Origin: Candidatus Latescibacterota bacterium
GTDB lineage: Bacteria > Latescibacterota > UBA2968 > UBA8231
Length of the DNA stretch: 64,000 nucleotides
Assembly: GCA_965248355.1 (NCBI GenBank)
Contig: OZ252098.1
Coordinates: forward strand, 448,001-512,000
Reading direction: 5' to 3'
Below are positions 60,430 through 64,000 of the stretch, one piece after another. The translations under genes were made by a program, and so were the position numbers. The notes beneath the pieces are model-generated. The model saw only the letters and a program-made list of their open reading frames with translations, ran no database searches and was not told the origin of the DNA. How positions within the stretch are numbered: the stretch's first letter is position 1; the number at the start of each line of letters is the position of its first letter.

Positions 60430-63400
60430 ATGTTTGCCTGGATCACATTGGCTCTGATCGTCGCCTTCTACGGGGCCACTCGCAACGTGCCCACGGCCGA
60501 CGAGATCAAGGCCTCCTTCGACCACGGCCAGAAGTTCTACTCCTCCGGCGCCTATGATCAGGCCATCGGCGAGTACCGGTCGATCCTCAAGAGCGGCAGC
60601 TCGCTTTTGAGGATGGAGGGCGTCACCGTCTCGGTGGGCGACATCGAGGCGCCCCTCCAGGAGGTGGCGACCTACCAGATCGGCAACGCCCATCTCAAGA
60701 TGGCCGAGGAAGCCCTCGAGCGACGCTCCCGGGCCCGTGACCTGGAGACGCAGCAGGACCTGCAGGCCCGGGCCGGAGATCTCCTGGCCGAGGCCATCGA
60801 CTACTTCGAGATCACCGAGGAGCGGGCCACGGTGGACGTCCTGCGGGCCCTGGCCCGCAGCCAGATCATCACCTGCCACTACAAGCGCGGGGACTATGAA
60901 GGCACCATCGATGCGGCCCTGACCCTGATAGAACATTACCCCGCGAGCAAGTACGTGGTGCAGGCCATGTACGACATCGGCTGGGCGTACTTCGACATGG
61001 AGGAGTACGCCTCCAGCGCCGGCGCCTTCGAGAGGCTCGTGAAGCGCTTTCCCTCCGGGTACCGAGGAAACCGGGCGCTGTTCCAGATCGGCGAGTCGTA
61101 CTTCCGGCTGGAGCGCTACCGTGACGCCATCCCGCAGTTCCGGCGCCTTGTCGAGTCGCAGCGAATCGGCCAGATGTCGCAGCGCGAGTTGCTGGTCATG
61201 AAGCGCGAGAAGCTCGCCGGCCTGGTGGACGAGACGGCCCTGGAGCTGGCCGCCAAGGCGATGATCCGCCTCGGCGAGTGTTACGAGCGAATCGGCGATT
61301 ACCAGGAGGCGAGCCGGGCCTTCGAGACGGTGGCGACGCAGTTCCAGGAGGAGCAGCGGCTGGCCGAGGAAGCCTACCTCCGCCACGCGGATATGCACTA
61401 CAGCCGCGGGGACTTCGAAGCCTGTATCGCCGTATACCGGAAGGCCATCGAGAACGACCCCGACATGGGGGACAAGGCCCGACTGCAGCTGCTGATGGCG
61501 AACCGTTACTTCGAGACCGAGCACTATCCGGAGGCGGCCCTGGAGTACACCATCTACCGGGATACGTACGCCATGTGGGCGGCTGCCGCCGGCCTGCCCG
61601 TGGAAGGAGTGGGCCTGCAGATCGCGCGGGCCTGGTTCCGGCGGGCGGCCCTGGTGGAATCGGCCCGGCGCCTGGACCCGTACCGGCGCGCCGAGGCGGA
61701 ACTGAAGACCACCCTGCGCGCCTATCGGGGCTCGGCGTACGATGTGGAGTTGCGCTTCAATCTCGGCCTGGCCCTGGAGCGGCAGGAGGACGAGGCCAAG
61801 ATCACCGAGGCCCTCGCCCTCTACCTCGACCTCATCGAGGATCCCCAGTCCGGCGGCTACCGCCAGAGCGCGCGCTTCCAGGCCGCCCGGATCCTGCACG
61901 ACCGCCAGGATTTCGGGGCCGCCGCCGACCAGTACCGCCGGGTCATCCTGGAGATGGCGGACCGTGCCGAGGTGCAGATCGCCCGTTTCGAGCTCGCCAA
62001 TGTCCTGCGCGACGCCGGGCGGCTCGACGAGGCCGTCGCCGCATACCGCGAGGTCGATCCCGAAGCCGAGTTGTTCGCACGCTCACGCCTCGAGGCCGGG
62101 CAGTTCCTGCTCTCCGCCGGCCGCACCGGCGAGGCGATCCCCATCCTCGAGGAAGGCCTGGCGCCGCAAGGAGAGGCCGACCGGGAGACCCTGGCCCTGC
62201 TGCACTACCTGCTTGGCGCCGCCCATTCAGGCCTGGAGCAGCACGAGGCATCCGTGCCCTGGTTCTCCATGGCCATCGAAGGGGGCGTGGAGACCGTTCT
62301 GGAGCAGGCCGTCTACGGACGTGGACTGGCCAATTTCCGGATGGGCCGCTTACAGGAGGCGGCTGCAGACCTCGATCGCCCGTGGCAGCAGACGGAGTTC
62401 CTGAGCTCGGCTTCCAGACTCCTGGCGGCCTGCTACACGCAGCTCGATCGGACCGACGAGGCCCTGGAGGTATACCAGAGACTCGCTTTGGAGACGGAGA
62501 CGGTCCTGGAGGAGGCGGAGTTCCGTCTGGCACACGCCGAGATCCGCTATCGGCAGGGCGGCTACGAGGAGGTGGTCGAGGCTTGCCGCGCCATCGAAGC
62601 CCTGGACGTGACCGAGACGGAGTTGCCGAGGTCGCGGCCGTACTACGTGCTCGAGAAGTCCTACTACCTGAAGGCCGACGCCTCCCTGCGGCTGAATCGA
62701 TTGACCGACGCGGCCGGGGCGGCGGCCAAGGGCTGGCAGCGGTTTCCAGGCGGGTATTTCGCGGCCGATTTCCTCTTTCTGCGGGGCCTGGCCGACCTGC
62801 AACTCGATGCCAACGAATCCTCCGTGGCCTCCTTCACCCGGATGCTGCAGCGCTTTCCCGACCACGGCAATGCCCCGTACGCCCTCTACTACCGAGCCTA
62901 CGGATACTTCAACCAGACCATGTTCCGGGAGGCGGAAGCGGACTTCCACCGCCTGCTGCGCGAGCACCCGGAGATCGATGTCGCAGCCGACGCCGCCTTC
63001 CGCACGGCCGAGTGCGTGTACAACCTCGGCCGCTTCGCCGAGGCCGCAGGCGCCTACCAGGCCTTTCACGACCTCTTCCCGTCGACGCCGCTGGCCGAGG
63101 AAGCCCTTTACAACGTCGCCTGGTGTCATCTGAACAAGCGCGGCGAACTGGGACGGCACGAGGCCGAGGCACGGCGCAGCCTGGAAACCTACCTGGAGGC
63201 CTATCCAGGGGGACGTTGGGCGTCCACGGCGCGGTACACCCTGGCGGAGATTCGCTACAACGCCGGGGAGTACGACGCGGCCTACGGGATGTTCGTGGAC
63301 ATCGAGGAGGAGTTCCCCGGCACGGAAGCGGCACGCCGCGCCGCCGGGGCTCTCCCGGACCTCAGGGAAGCCGTGGCCTACAAGGCCTACGAAGCGGCCA

Positions 63401-63681
63401 TGGAGGAATTCAACTTGGCCGTGGAGAGCGAGAGCGACGACGACGTGCGGGCGGTGATCCCCCGGCTCGAGGTGATCTGGGAGGAGTATCCCGGAACCTC
63501 CAGTGGCATCGGCGCACGTGTGAACATGGCGGTTGCATACCAGAAGCTGAGGCGGTGGAGACAGGCGGTGGAAATCTTCGACGAGATCGTCGCCGCCTCC
63601 GAGGGCGGCGCTCCGGTGGAACCCAATGTGCTGGCCTTCTGCCAGCGCCGCAGCGGCACGATCAGGAGGAAGCACCTGTGA
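60430..63681 (+). CDS. 1083-aa tetratricopeptide repeat protein with N-terminal membrane anchor/signal
   Basis: RBS AAGGA, MFAWITLALIVAFYG, many BamD/CpoB-like TPR units (AMYDIGWAYF, ALFQIGESYF, ALYYRAYGYF, ALYNVAWC, ..YP.S/..FP.). Confidence 0.88.
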   Translation: MFAWITLALIVAFYGATRNVPTADEIKASFDHGQKFYSSGAYDQAIGEYRSILKSGSSLLRMEGVTVSVGDIEAPLQEVATYQIGNAHLKMAEEALERRSRARDLETQQDLQARAGDLLAEAIDYFEITEERATVDVLRALARSQIITCHYKRGDYEGTIDAALTLIEHYPASKYVVQAMYDIGWAYFDMEEYASSAGAFERLVKRFPSGYRGNRALFQIGESYFRLERYRDAIPQFRRLVESQRIGQMSQRELLVMKREKLAGLVDETALELAAKAMIRLGECYERIGDYQEASRAFETVATQFQEEQRLAEEAYLRHADMHYSRGDFEACIAVYRKAIENDPDMGDKARLQLLMANRYFETEHYPEAALEYTIYRDTYAMWAAAAGLPVEGVGLQIARAWFRRAALVESARRLDPYRRAEAELKTTLRAYRGSAYDVELRFNLGLALERQEDEAKITEALALYLDLIEDPQSGGYRQSARFQAARILHDRQDFGAAADQYRRVILEMADRAEVQIARFELANVLRDAGRLDEAVAAYREVDPEAELFARSRLEAGQFLLSAGRTGEAIPILEEGLAPQGEADRETLALLHYLLGAAHSGLEQHEASVPWFSMAIEGGVETVLEQAVYGRGLANFRMGRLQEAAADLDRPWQQTEFLSSASRLLAACYTQLDRTDEALEVYQRLALETETVLEEAEFRLAHAEIRYRQGGYEEVVEACRAIEALDVTETELPRSRPYYVLEKSYYLKADASLRLNRLTDAAGAAAKGWQRFPGGYFAADFLFLRGLADLQLDANESSVASFTRMLQRFPDHGNAPYALYYRAYGYFNQTMFREAEADFHRLLREHPEIDVAADAAFRTAECVYNLGRFAEAAGAYQAFHDLFPSTPLAEEALYNVAWCHLNKRGELGRHEAEARRSLETYLEAYPGGRWASTARYTLAEIRYNAGEYDAAYGMFVDIEEEFPGTEAARRAAGALPDLREAVAYKAYEAAMEEFNLAVESESDDDVRAVIPRLEVIWEEYPGTSSGIGARVNMAVAYQKLRRWRQAVEIFDEIVAASEGGAPVEPNVLAFCQRRSGTIRRKHL

Positions 63682-64000
63682 TGGACCGTCTATCGGTTCT
63701 TCGCTACGGACGCAGGCTCCTCTACCTGGGCCTGGTGGCGTCGGTGGCTCTCCACCTGGCGGTCGGTGCGGTCTGGCTCCTGCCGGAGGACGAGGAGGAG
63801 GAGCGGGTTGTGGCCCGTTTCGAATTCGAGGAACAGGACACGCCGCTCTTCGTGCCGGCGCCGCGGCTGGCGCGCGAGTTCGCCTTCCGCAAGCAACCGA
63901 TCCCCCAGGGCACGCCCATCGTGCGGTCCAGCGGCGACGAGACGTCGACCACCGTGGGCGGCGCCGTGGGCCGCGTGCGCATGTCACCCACCTCGGCCAC
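63681..64000 (+). CDS. TonB/TolA-like membrane-anchored protein (3'-truncated; absent from the ORF track)
   Basis: TGATG coupling to the TPR gene. MDRLSVLRYGRRLLYLGLVASVALHLAVGAVWLLPEDEEEE... has a TM helix with the SxxxH motif. No stop before the window edge. Confidence 0.6.
   Translation, partial: MDRLSVLRYGRRLLYLGLVASVALHLAVGAVWLLPEDEEEERVVARFEFEEQDTPLFVPAPRLAREFAFRKQPIPQGTPIVRSSGDETSTTVGGAVGRVRMSPTSA

Overview
GC-rich bacterial DNA with about 50 protein-coding genes or gene remnants. I found no rRNA, tRNA, CRISPR array or transposase. The gene inventory includes WD40 proteins with FlgD-Ig/T9SS-like C-terminal tails, a PhyH dioxygenase, sulfatases and a 'TAV..S.W..IK' C-terminal motif. 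By inference this points to an FCB-affiliated organism of the Latescibacterota/Poribacteria type, possibly a sponge symbiont. From left to right: (1) three tandem secreted WD40 paralogs, two of them frameshifted; (2) oxidoreductases and a three-gene Co-type nitrile hydratase/thiocyanate hydrolase-like cluster; (3) mixed metabolic genes with deletion scars (a propeller/GH3 chimera and a nagA remnant); (4) a sigma-54 region with a stand-alone Fis-type HTH, an unannotated 29-aa peptide gene, a non-canonical pspA operon and a decaying two-component/ABC-efflux module; (5) a porin-imelysin-diheme iron-uptake operon; (6) an aldolase, a sulfatase, hydrolases and a Nat-type ABC exporter; (7) from about 47.9 kb to the right edge, a co-oriented locus whose distal genes are tightly coupled. 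That last locus holds two FlgD-tailed secreted proteins, three paralogous ~900-aa predicted outer-membrane proteins sharing an acidic Ca-binding-like module, a 1083-aa TPR protein and a TonB-like anchor. It is the best candidate for an undescribed envelope (secretion or uptake) machine. All family calls come from motif recognition by eye; no database searches were run.
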